Virus record (IMG/VR): IMGVR_UViG_3300015375_000848
Source: an uncultured virus (IMG/VR IMGVR_UViG_3300015375_000848)
Taxonomy: Duplodnaviria > Heunggongvirae > Uroviricota > Caudoviricetes
Length of the DNA stretch: 20,000 nucleotides
Reading direction: 5' to 3' (one strand)
A program made the position numbers and the translations under genes. The notes beneath the pieces are model-generated. The model did not search any database. It saw only the letters and a program-made list of their open reading frames with translations, and had not been told where the DNA came from. Position 1 is the first letter of the stretch. Each line of letters starts with the position of its first letter. Of this stretch, positions 1 through 8,523 are shown one piece after another.

Positions 1-1
1 A

Positions 2-862
2 AATACTCTTTTGTCTGGTACAGCCAATTCTATTTGCATGCTATGCTGTAATGTTGATTCATTATATCATAATTTTATAGGGGGTGGCTATAATAATTCA
101 ATTGTACTAAATAAATTTGACAATTACGATATTGAAGCAATTTCAAATGGCAATGCAATCGGAGGGGGAGTAAGCAACGAAATTTGGGTATATCTCGACC
201 AACAGGGTGGATTCAATGAATTGAACGCAATAGGAGGAGGTAGTGGAAATTCCATAAAAAACTGCATAGGTGGAAAGGGTTGGGGTTTTGGTAATCATTC
301 TTCAAATGCTATAGCAGGCGGTAGACTCAATGGAATGTGTGCTGGGGCTTATAATAGTGCAATTCTGGGAGGATGTTCTAGTATTATTTGTTCTAATACA
401 ACATGTAGTGTTGTCGGAGGTTCTGGTCTTACTTTAGATGGCATATTTGGTGAAGCAACCTTTGATGCAATAGCTAAAATATCAACAAACTTTGCTATTA
501 AACATCCCAATCCAGATAAATGCTCCACTTGGCAACTTCGTCATGCAAACGTAGAGTCACCTACAGCGGGTGATAATATATATAGATATAAAGTAAAAAC
601 AAATAACTGCCAAGCTTATGTAGAGCTTCCATCATATTACAAGTTTTTAAATGAATTTGACCAAGTGTGGGTTAGCCCTACAGACCATCTTGGAAAAGCA
701 TGGGCGTGCGTTAATGCTGACCAAACATGTGTTGAAGTAAACTCAAATTGTGATGGCGATTACTACCTTTTAGTTGTTGGAACAAGAAAAGATGAATGTG
801 GTAAAAAATTCTGGCAAGGAACCGAACACTATTCTGTACCAACTCATATTGTTGATTATTAA
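2..862 (+). CDS. 5'-truncated fibre/adhesin-like protein: Cys-rich (A/F)IGGGxxN beta-solenoid repeats plus a conserved C-terminal fibre domain (paralog of 865..3540)
   Basis: Frame is open from base 2 (AAT ACT CTT TTG...), so the TTG start at 11 is probably not real. Repeats NFIGGGYNN, NAIGGGVSN, NAIGGGSGN, NAIAGGRLN, SAILGGCSS. C-terminus FAIKHPNP..LRHANVESP..GDNIYRY..ELPSYYKFLN..VSP..GTRKD matches the next ORF. Confidence 0.7.
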   Translation, partial: NTLLSGTANSICMLCCNVDSLYHNFIGGGYNNSIVLNKFDNYDIEAISNGNAIGGGVSNEIWVYLDQQGGFNELNAIGGGSGNSIKNCIGGKGWGFGNHSSNAIAGGRLNGMCAGAYNSAILGGCSSIICSNTTCSVVGGSGLTLDGIFGEATFDAIAKISTNFAIKHPNPDKCSTWQLRHANVESPTAGDNIYRYKVKTNNCQAYVELPSYYKFLNEFDQVWVSPTDHLGKAWACVNADQTCVEVNSNCDGDYYLLVVGTRKDECGKKFWQGTEHYSVPTHIVDY

Positions 863-864
863 AC

Positions 865-3540
865 ATGCCGTTTAGCAATATAAATATTACCACTAGTACG
901 GGTCTTGATTACAAAATCAATGACTTCATAAATTTGCAGTATGATGCAAACACTATCATTTATGGTCGTGTGGTTTCATACAATTCGAATACGGGAGCTA
1001 TGACCCTTACTCCTCTTTCTTTTTCAGGCGCAAACGGAGCATATAATTCATGGGAAGTACAACTTAGTGGTCAACACGGCTCTGCTGGAACAAACGGAAC
1101 AGCTGGTTCATCAGGTACTTCTGGCTCTGCTGCTAGCTCTGGTACGTCTGCATCTTCAGGTAGTTCTGCTTTAAGTGGAACTAATGGTGAAAATGGCTCT
1201 TCTGCTTTAGATGCCTTAAGTGGGTCTACTGGAACAGCTGGGACAGCTGGGGAATCAGGTACATCTGGAGCGAGTGGTTCTTCAGCAATCAATGGAACAG
1301 ATGGCTCAAATGGAACAAGTGCAGCTAGCGGTCAATCTGCAACTAGTGGCACATCTGGTTCTAGAGGCTCTTCTGCCTCATCTGGAACAAGTGGTACATC
1401 TGGTTCAAATGCAACCAGCGGTCTAGCAGCTAGCTCTGGAACGTCAGGAACAAGTGGTACAAACGCTTCTAATGGCACTTCAGGCTCTTCAACCCAATCT
1501 GGGTCTTCTGGTACCTCTGGCACTACGGCTACCTCTGGAAGCTCTGGAACCTCTGGTTCTGCTGGAACAACGGGTGCCAATGGGTCAAGTGGAACGCAAG
1601 GTTCAAGAGGAACTACGGGAACTAGTGGAACATCTGGTTCTGTAGGTACTAGCGGTACATCAGGTTCAACTGGTACTACTGGTGCTAACGGCTCAAGTGG
1701 TAACAGCGGTCAATCAGCTACCTCTGGCTCAAATGGCACAAACGGCACATCAGGTTCAACGGGTGCTAATGGTGCTTCTACAATTTCTTCTACATCGGGT
1801 TCAAACGGCACATCAGGAACAAATGGTTCAAGTGGCGTTTCAGGCTCTGCAACAGCTAATGCAACAAGTGGCTCATCAGGTACTTCTGCCTCAAATGGTT
1901 CAAGCGGTGTATCAGGAGCATCAACACTAAGTCAGTTAAGCGGTACTTCTGGTACTAGTGGTTCTACTGGAACTAATGGTACGTCAGGAGTCTCTGGTGC
2001 ATCTGGAACCTCTGGGTCTTCTGGAACTGGTGGTGCAAATAGCTCAAGTGGAACTTCTGGTGTGTCTGGAACCAGTGGCAGCTCTGCTAGCTCTGGAACC
2101 TCTGGAACAAGCGGTTCAAGCGGTGCAAATGGTGTTTCTACGGGCTCTGGAACATCAGGCTCTTCAGGATTAAGCGGATTAACGGGTAATTCTGGCGGTT
2201 CTGGAGTTTCAACGGCTTCGGGAACATCAGGGTCTTCTGGAGTAAGTGGCACTTCAGGCTCGGCTGGCGCAAGTGGAGTTAGTGGCGCAAGTGGAACCTC
2301 TGGCTCATCTGGTGTTTCAGGAACGAGTGGTAGCAGTGGAACTAGTGGGCTTTCGGGTCTAAGCACTAGCTCTGGGACTAATGGAACAAGCGGTGTTTCA
2401 GGTTCTTCAGGTACAAGCGGGGTTAGTGGTGTAAGTGGTAGCTCTACTACAAGCGGGGTTAGCGGTACTTCAGGCTCTTCTGGGAATAGTGGTGTTTCTG
2501 GTCAAAGTTCAACATCTGGCTCAAACGGAACAAATGGAAGCAGTGGTTTAAGTGCTCTTTCTGGGCTGTCAACAAGCTCTGGAACTTCTGGTACTTTTGG
2601 TTCTAATGGTCTTAGTGGTGCTTCAGGGGTAGCGGGGGGAGCAGGAAGCAATGGAACAAGTGGTGCTGCTGGAGCAGCTGGTTCTAGTGGAACAAATGGT
2701 GATAGCGGGACAACTACGTGCTATGCAATTATTTATACAAATAGTTGTTCTAGCTTAGTAACTCCTTGTGTTGGTCATACAATGGCCAATACTTATAACT
2801 CCGCAGCAATTGGTGGTTGTGCACACACTCTTTGTGATACAAGTTATACCGTTGCTCTTGCGGGTGCAAGGAATTGTTTTTGCGTTGCAGACTCACAATA
2901 TAGTGTAATACTTGGAGGAAGTGATAATAATCATAACTGTGATTGTGGTTATAATGTCGATATAGTCAGTTGCTGTTCACTAATGTCAGGTCGCTATAAT
3001 GTTATTGTTGCTTCAGCTGCAAGCTGTACGGGAACAACAGCTAATACTTATCAATACTCATATATTTATGCTAGCTGTCTTGCATGTCTAGCAGATTATA
3101 CTAATTCAGGAATTCTTGGTAGGTGTACCTTTGCTGCAACTGCTGCAAATACAACTTATTTTAATAACATTGATAAAGCAAGTGGTGGTTTTACCATTCC
3201 CCATCCAGACCCACAAAAAACTAATACACATAGATTAGTACATCATTTTGTTGAAACACCATCAGAGGGGGATAACCTATATAGATTTAAAATTTTAGTA
3301 GAAAACGGCTTCAAAAGATTTGAATTACCAGACTATTATAAGTTCTTGAATAAAAATACAATAACAACAGTTTCTCCAGTTGGCCATTTTGGAAATGCAT
3401 ATGTTACCGTATTTGAAAATGAAAACTATATAGAAATTACAGCTGATACAGACGGAGAATATAATATTTTACTGCTCGGAACAAGGAAAGACAGAGATAT
3501 TAACGAAGTCTATCAAGGTATTGAAGTGCTATCAAAATGA
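865..3540 (+). CDS. Collagen-like (Gly-X-Y, Ser/Thr-rich) fibre protein, 891 aa: N-terminal beta domain, long stalk, Cys-rich head, C-terminal fibre domain
   Basis: N-terminal GLDYKINDFINL..GRVVSYNSNTGAMTL..GAYNSWEVQLSG resembles the module that precedes collagen repeats in phage fibres. About 545 aa of GTSGSSGTSG triplets follow, then ~15 Cys in ~150 aa. C-terminus FTIPHPDP..LVHHFVETP..GDNLYRF..ELPDYYKFLN..GTRKD. Confidence 0.8.
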   Translation: MPFSNINITTSTGLDYKINDFINLQYDANTIIYGRVVSYNSNTGAMTLTPLSFSGANGAYNSWEVQLSGQHGSAGTNGTAGSSGTSGSAASSGTSASSGSSALSGTNGENGSSALDALSGSTGTAGTAGESGTSGASGSSAINGTDGSNGTSAASGQSATSGTSGSRGSSASSGTSGTSGSNATSGLAASSGTSGTSGTNASNGTSGSSTQSGSSGTSGTTATSGSSGTSGSAGTTGANGSSGTQGSRGTTGTSGTSGSVGTSGTSGSTGTTGANGSSGNSGQSATSGSNGTNGTSGSTGANGASTISSTSGSNGTSGTNGSSGVSGSATANATSGSSGTSASNGSSGVSGASTLSQLSGTSGTSGSTGTNGTSGVSGASGTSGSSGTGGANSSSGTSGVSGTSGSSASSGTSGTSGSSGANGVSTGSGTSGSSGLSGLTGNSGGSGVSTASGTSGSSGVSGTSGSAGASGVSGASGTSGSSGVSGTSGSSGTSGLSGLSTSSGTNGTSGVSGSSGTSGVSGVSGSSTTSGVSGTSGSSGNSGVSGQSSTSGSNGTNGSSGLSALSGLSTSSGTSGTFGSNGLSGASGVAGGAGSNGTSGAAGAAGSSGTNGDSGTTTCYAIIYTNSCSSLVTPCVGHTMANTYNSAAIGGCAHTLCDTSYTVALAGARNCFCVADSQYSVILGGSDNNHNCDCGYNVDIVSCCSLMSGRYNVIVASAASCTGTTANTYQYSYIYASCLACLADYTNSGILGRCTFAATAANTTYFNNIDKASGGFTIPHPDPQKTNTHRLVHHFVETPSEGDNLYRFKILVENGFKRFELPDYYKFLNKNTITTVSPVGHFGNAYVTVFENENYIEITADTDGEYNILLLGTRKDRDINEVYQGIEVLSK
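1078..2709 (+). repeat. Degenerate 9-nt-periodic coding repeat (Gly-X-Y; X/Y mostly Ser, Thr, Ala, Asn, Val)
   Basis: Recurrent tct/tca/agt/agc-ggN-acN units with synonymous variation; Gly (occasionally Ala or another residue) every third position; no Pro in the stalk. Confidence 0.9.
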
Positions 3541-4407
3541 TTTCAATGATTTTATTACGTTATCAATATTGAATATTTCTGTTTCTGTATTATAAGGAAA
3601 CTCGTGTAGGGCTCCTACAATATTATATTTAGACAGAAATGCATTTCTTAAGTCAGGCTTTTTTGTTTCTGGATTTGATAAAATATTATCATGTAAATCA
3701 TATCCAAACATTTTAGGAGTATTTGCAATCCATAAAACAGTTGATTTTAATTGAAGAGCAGCTGCCAAATGCTGGGCAAAACTATCTATAAGTAATCTTT
3801 TTTTACTAATAGCTAAAACTGTAGCTAACCCTTTGTAAGAATCATGAATCGGTATGGTATTTGAATATGATATTTGGTCTTCCCTTCGTATGTGAAATAT
3901 GTTATAAACATGGCTAAACTCTTCAATGATAGCATTTACAACACAAGATGGCATATCCCTTGCCCAAGAGTATTTTAAGTCTTGTTGGCCACCCCCATTA
4001 GTTTGTATTGCCATAATCGGCTTATCTGAAGCATACTTATTAGAGTAAAATTTGAATTCTCTCTCTGTAAGGAAAGCCTCTGGCATTTCTCCATTGTAAA
4101 TGATATTATTCATTCTACACCAAGTAGCAATCGTATGTTCTTTCTTTAAAATGTGTTCAGTGTGAACATATGGTTCGTTAGCAAATACTAGTACATCATC
4201 TTGACCTTCCACATACTTTTGATAAAAATAGGACTCTTGGTGATGCGCAAAAGACATGTCCACATAAGGAACATTCAAAAAGACATCAGGATGTCCAGTA
4301 ACGACAATCAAAAAGCTATCTGGGTATTGTTTTTTTATGGCTTTACAAACAGCGGTAGCCATTATTGATTTGCCCATTCCGCCACTTATACTGAAAATTA
4401 TATTCAT
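3532..4407 (-). CDS. GT9-like (ADP-heptose:LPS heptosyltransferase-like) glycosyltransferase
   Basis: N-terminal GGMGKSIMATAVCKAIKKQYPD..LIVV and C-terminal LLIDSFAQHLAAALQLKSTVLW match the GT9 pattern (xxGD..., DSGxxHLAAA); Lys sits at the usual catalytic Asp. Confidence 0.75.
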   Translation of the reverse strand: MNIIFSISGGMGKSIMATAVCKAIKKQYPDSFLIVVTGHPDVFLNVPYVDMSFAHHQESYFYQKYVEGQDDVLVFANEPYVHTEHILKKEHTIATWCRMNNIIYNGEMPEAFLTEREFKFYSNKYASDKPIMAIQTNGGGQQDLKYSWARDMPSCVVNAIIEEFSHVYNIFHIRREDQISYSNTIPIHDSYKGLATVLAISKKRLLIDSFAQHLAAALQLKSTVLWIANTPKMFGYDLHDNILSNPETKKPDLRNAFLSKYNIVGALHEFPYNTETEIFNIDNVIKSLKSF

Positions 4408-4408
4408 A

Positions 4409-6031
4409 TTATTTTGTATATATTCCGTAAGGTGATACTAGCACATCTATGATTCCACTATTCAAATGGTTAAAAGCATTTTCAGGTGTTTCAACTATTG
4501 GCTCATTGTGTATGTTAAACGATGTATTGACTAATATTCCTACACCAAGTACATTATTTTTATAGGATTTCAATATTTTATAAAATAAATTATTACTTTT
4601 TTCGGTTACAATTTGAATCCTTGCTGTTTTGTCTACTGGGTGCACAACAGTTGGTATTTTTTCTTTCCAATCATCTTTAGTGTCAACAAGCATAGTCATA
4701 AATTCGGCAGTATATTTTGATTTCTGTATGTTAAATACTGTATCAACATCTTCGTCTAAAATAGCTGGAGCAAAAGGCATGTAGTCATTTCTTTCTAGCT
4801 TTTTATTAAGTATCTCATAAGTTTCTGGGTGAGTACAGTCACAAATTATGCTCCTATTACCAAGTGCTCTTGCTCCGTGCTCGCTTCTACCTTGATAAAG
4901 ACCTATAATTTTTTTATTTTTTAATAAATCGCATACAGATTCAATGTTTAGGTCTTCTCTCTTATACCCTATTGCAGCGTTATCAAATTCCTCTTTACTA
5001 TATTCATTACCTAAAAAAACATCGTTTAACCTAAATGGCTTTAACTCTGGGTGTACTTTTTTAAGAGCTGCTATACAACAGCCATATGCTAGACCCTCAT
5101 CTCCCATAGGGGGCAAAACAAAAACCTCATTGAATAGGGGTAATTCATTAATCTTTTTATTCAGTTTTACATTAGCAAATATTCCCCCACTCAAAGCTAA
5201 CTTCTTTGTATGTGGAACTCGCTGATGTAGATTTTTAATAAGTTCAATAATCTTTTCTTCAAATAAAATTTGAGCAGTACATGCTATATCCTGAATAGCT
5301 GATTTTGTTTTCCAATATTTAGAACCAATCGCTTCATAAAATTTAGTATAAAGGTCTAAATATATTTGACCAGCTTCAATATGGTGATTATCAGCATCTG
5401 TTTGAGAGCCCTCTATCTTTATCACGTCTTTCCAAGCATGATATAAATGGTGCCACATGTTTCCATGTCCAGATAAACCGACTATTTTACCCTCGTCCTT
5501 AAGCCTTTTGAACCCTAACAATTCTGTGATGGCTGCGTAGAAATGACCAAGAGACTTTCTCTGGATTGTAATGCCATCAAGATACTCTAGTCTCCCTCTG
5601 GTGCCTAGATATGTCCTAGAGCTGTGACCATTTACGCCACCACTTGCATCTGCACAGAAAACAAGTGTATCTTCTTGAAAATCAGATAAATAGTAAGATA
5701 GGTTAGCGTGGGCTTCATGGTGGTCAACAAATATGTATTTTTCTTCAGCTATCTCATATCTAAAAGCTGCAAAGAAAATTTCTTTAGCTGTTTGGTATGG
5801 AAAAAATGAAGTGAAGTAATCCATTTCTTCAAATGTTACACCATACCGTTGTTTTAAGCAATTTATTGATTGTACTGGATATCTTTCAAAGCTATTATCA
5901 AAATCCACATATGGTTTGATTCTTGTAAGTCTTTCTTCTTCTATTACAGCGACAACTTCTCCATCTCTAAAATAGCAAGCCCCGCATGAGTGTGCACCTG
6001 CTATGAATCCTAGAATTTTACAGCTTTTCAT
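4409..6031 (-). CDS. O-carbamoyltransferase, NodU/CmcH/TobZ family
   Basis: EEERLTRIK, HHEAHA, DEGKIVGLSGHG, LALSGGIFANVKLN, PPMGDEGLAYG, GRSEHGARALGNRSI, MPFAP, VHPVDKTARIQ, VNTSFNIHNEPIVETPENA; 540 aa, both domains present. Confidence 0.95.
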   Translation of the reverse strand: MKSCKILGFIAGAHSCGACYFRDGEVVAVIEEERLTRIKPYVDFDNSFERYPVQSINCLKQRYGVTFEEMDYFTSFFPYQTAKEIFFAAFRYEIAEEKYIFVDHHEAHANLSYYLSDFQEDTLVFCADASGGVNGHSSRTYLGTRGRLEYLDGITIQRKSLGHFYAAITELLGFKRLKDEGKIVGLSGHGNMWHHLYHAWKDVIKIEGSQTDADNHHIEAGQIYLDLYTKFYEAIGSKYWKTKSAIQDIACTAQILFEEKIIELIKNLHQRVPHTKKLALSGGIFANVKLNKKINELPLFNEVFVLPPMGDEGLAYGCCIAALKKVHPELKPFRLNDVFLGNEYSKEEFDNAAIGYKREDLNIESVCDLLKNKKIIGLYQGRSEHGARALGNRSIICDCTHPETYEILNKKLERNDYMPFAPAILDEDVDTVFNIQKSKYTAEFMTMLVDTKDDWKEKIPTVVHPVDKTARIQIVTEKSNNLFYKILKSYKNNVLGVGILVNTSFNIHNEPIVETPENAFNHLNSGIIDVLVSPYGIYTK

Positions 6032-7118
6032 TTTCTTCTATTTTTTTTATGACTTTTTCGCTTGTTATTAATTTGTGACATTCAAAATGTCGTGGAGTAT
6101 CTTCATGGCGTGGGCACCACATCCAATTTCCCTTGTCGAATCTAAATTTTTCATCATGCCAACAAGAATGGCAAATGCTTTCATCGTAGATTCTTATTGT
6201 ATTTGTAGTAAACTCATGGTCTTTATCGGTGAAGTTTGATATCATGTATACCCTCTTTCTTAAAGACCAAGCAAGCCAAGATAAACCACTGGAAAGACCC
6301 ATGTAGAACTCACTATGATATATATAATTCATCGTGTTTTCGTAAGATATATCATTAATTCTCAATAGGTTATTAAATTTTGACGTGACTTGACCTTGCA
6401 TGTCATCTTCTTTAGATATTTCTACAACTTTATACCCTTTTTCAGTTAGGTAATCTATAACATCTTGCCAGTAATACCACAATTTACATTGCGATGTAGA
6501 GTATATTGATATACAAACGTATTTATCATTAATTGGCTTTTCTTTTGGAGTAAAATCTATTTCTGGAAGAATCTCCCTAAACGGCAAGTTTAGAATGTTT
6601 GTTGCGCTCTGTTGTAGTGGTATTAGAATAGGGTTAACTGGTTCTTTATCCTTTTCCCAGAACCATCCCACTTCAATCATTGCAATCAAATCTTTTACAA
6701 CTTCTCCCCTCTCTGCAAACTCTAACTCTGGGTATTTGTTCTTGAAAAGATAATTTTTAAATGTAGATACAATTACTTTGCAATCATAGTGTTTTGCAAA
6801 TTCCAAACAATATGGAATCCATGCCAAAGTATCGCCTAAAGCTTTACTTTCAAAAGAAATAAAAACACGTTTTCCTTTTAATAGTTCTAAAAAATTTACT
6901 TGAGTAATGGTTCTTCCATCATATCTAACTATTACAGCGATATCCGAAAGGTATTTTCTAGATAATTGTGCCCAATGTCCTACCTTGAGTTTTACTTTGT
7001 ATATTTCACTATTTGATTTTCTATCTACGAAAGAAACATCATACTCTCTATCCTTACCTTCGTCATCGGTTATTTGAAAGTACAAACCCTTAATATGATT
7101 AATATTATATTTTATCAT
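6018..7118 (-). CDS. aah: Autotransporter-type protein O-heptosyltransferase, AAH/TibC (BAHT) family
   Basis: N-terminal beta domain, then GKRVFISFESKALGDTLAWIPY (catalytic Asp), FYMGLSSGLSWLAW, VYMISNFT, and iron-finger motif CHSCW..FD..WMWCPRH..FECHKLIT (C-x2-C-x15-C-x11-C). Confidence 0.88.
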   Translation of the reverse strand: MIKYNINHIKGLYFQITDDEGKDREYDVSFVDRKSNSEIYKVKLKVGHWAQLSRKYLSDIAVIVRYDGRTITQVNFLELLKGKRVFISFESKALGDTLAWIPYCLEFAKHYDCKVIVSTFKNYLFKNKYPELEFAERGEVVKDLIAMIEVGWFWEKDKEPVNPILIPLQQSATNILNLPFREILPEIDFTPKEKPINDKYVCISIYSTSQCKLWYYWQDVIDYLTEKGYKVVEISKEDDMQGQVTSKFNNLLRINDISYENTMNYIYHSEFYMGLSSGLSWLAWSLRKRVYMISNFTDKDHEFTTNTIRIYDESICHSCWHDEKFRFDKGNWMWCPRHEDTPRHFECHKLITSEKVIKKIEENEKL

Positions 7119-7122
7119 TTAT

Positions 7123-8151
7123 TTAGATGTTAGAATATACATCAATGTATTTCTGTTGAATAGCCTCTGAACTTAAATGATGAAACTGGCTTACAGCATA
7201 ATACATGTTTGAAAGAGTTTTTGCTGTATGATTCCAATCATATTGAAGTCTAAGCGACTCCATTGTGTTTCGTATTTCAGAATAATTATTTATAATTTCA
7301 TTGATTCTTGATACGACAGCATCTGTTGTGATTTCGGTGAGCTTAAACAAACCATATATTTCTTTAGAACCTTTATATGTAGCTACAGTGGGTAGGCAGC
7401 AGCTCGCAGCTTCAAGTAGAGTTAAATTAGGATGTCCAGCCTCAAGCATAGATGGATGTAAAAAAATTGAATGGCTTTGATATATAGATAATAATTCTTC
7501 TTCAGTTGGATTTCTAGCAATAATATTTAATTTATCATATTCTTTTAAATCTTTGTGAATTTCAAAAAATCTTTCGTTTGCATCAGTTCCAACAATAGTG
7601 ATAGGAAGGTCAAGCTCTCTTGCTGCTTCTACTCCATAACGAAATCCTTTTCTGTCAAATCCGTAGTCTCCAGCTAATCCATTATTAGCTACCATGAGTA
7701 ATCTTATTGGTTCTGATAGGATTTCTGAAGGTCTAAAAAATTCAGTATTTACTGCATGCGATAGATAAAATAGTTTGTCTGTAGCATCGAAATAATCAAT
7801 TAAATATTCAGCATGAGTTATAGAAAATATTGATTTTTTCATAGCTTCAAGATTGTGCTTGAAACAGTAGCTGTCCTTTCCGTAGTGTTCAGTATGGTGG
7901 TCATGTAGAGAAAATATGTATGGAATAGAATGTTTGTCTAGCTCTAAAGCAAGATTGCCCATGTGACAATGTATAAAGTCATATTCTCTCCATGTGTCAA
8001 TTAATTCGTTTAAGTGCTTAATATGTACTTCATGCCCTAAATTCTCTAATGAAGATTTATACTCTCTTACTATTTTTTCTACTGCACCCCAGCCCATTTG
8101 ACCAACGGGCTTAATTGGTATCATACCAGTTGTAATTTGACAGATTTTCAT
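7123..8151 (-). CDS. GT4 (GT-B fold, retaining) glycosyltransferase
   Basis: MKICQI..WGAVEK..LGHEV..DFIHCH; RKG; IFLHPSMLEAGHPNLTLLEAASCCLP (E-x8-E variant of the GT4 E-x7-E motif). Confidence 0.9.
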   Translation of the reverse strand: MKICQITTGMIPIKPVGQMGWGAVEKIVREYKSSLENLGHEVHIKHLNELIDTWREYDFIHCHMGNLALELDKHSIPYIFSLHDHHTEHYGKDSYCFKHNLEAMKKSIFSITHAEYLIDYFDATDKLFYLSHAVNTEFFRPSEILSEPIRLLMVANNGLAGDYGFDRKGFRYGVEAARELDLPITIVGTDANERFFEIHKDLKEYDKLNIIARNPTEEELLSIYQSHSIFLHPSMLEAGHPNLTLLEAASCCLPTVATYKGSKEIYGLFKLTEITTDAVVSRINEIINNYSEIRNTMESLRLQYDWNHTAKTLSNMYYAVSQFHHLSSEAIQQKYIDVYSNI

Positions 8152-8154
8152 ATT

Positions 8155-8523
8155 TTATAGTTTAGTCCATCCATTATTCCAATATCCTTGACCATAACTT
8201 ATACATATTTCTTCATCTTTTTTTATATCTCTAAGTGTATAAACACCGATTCCGATATCACAAGTAAACCAAAATGCATTATTAAAGTCGTCATGATTGT
8301 AAACTGAAATATATCCTAATGCAATTACATAATTATCACTATTCTGTGGAAAGGAAAATGCAAGTTTTTTTATTTGATAGGGGGTGTTAGCCCAATTAGT
8401 GGAATAGCAGCTACTAATCGGAGATAGCTCCAACATCGTGTTAGCTGGTATATCATTTTTTGCGTAAACCCCTAACCCTTTAACGCCTTTAGCTAAATAC
8501 ATTTCTGGACTTATAAAGTACAT
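8155..8523 (-). CDS. SET-domain protein (putative SAM-dependent protein-lysine methyltransferase)
   Basis: KGLGVYAKNDIPANT, YNHDDFNNA (NHS-like motif), TLRDIKKDEEICISYG (ELxxxY motif); 122 aa minimal SET. Confidence 0.9.
   Translation of the reverse strand: MYFISPEMYLAKGVKGLGVYAKNDIPANTMLELSPISSCYSTNWANTPYQIKKLAFSFPQNSDNYVIALGYISVYNHDDFNNAFWFTCDIGIGVYTLRDIKKDEEICISYGQGYWNNGWTKL

Noticed and set aside
1071..2366. Several short alternative-frame and antisense ORFs (PEVP-rich, LEQ/LVQ-rich) within the fibre gene
   Set aside because: Shadows of the low-complexity Gly/Ser/Thr repeat; no independent coding signal.
1078..2709. Possible CRISPR array or DNA-level functional repeat
   Set aside because: No constant repeat with unique spacers; variation is synonymous and in frame, so the repeat is protein-level.
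1078..2709. Many N-X-S/T sequons (NGT, NGS, NAT) suggesting N-glycosylation
   Set aside because: Expected by chance given the Ser/Thr content; no signal peptide, and no oligosaccharyltransferase or HMW1C-like enzyme in the window.
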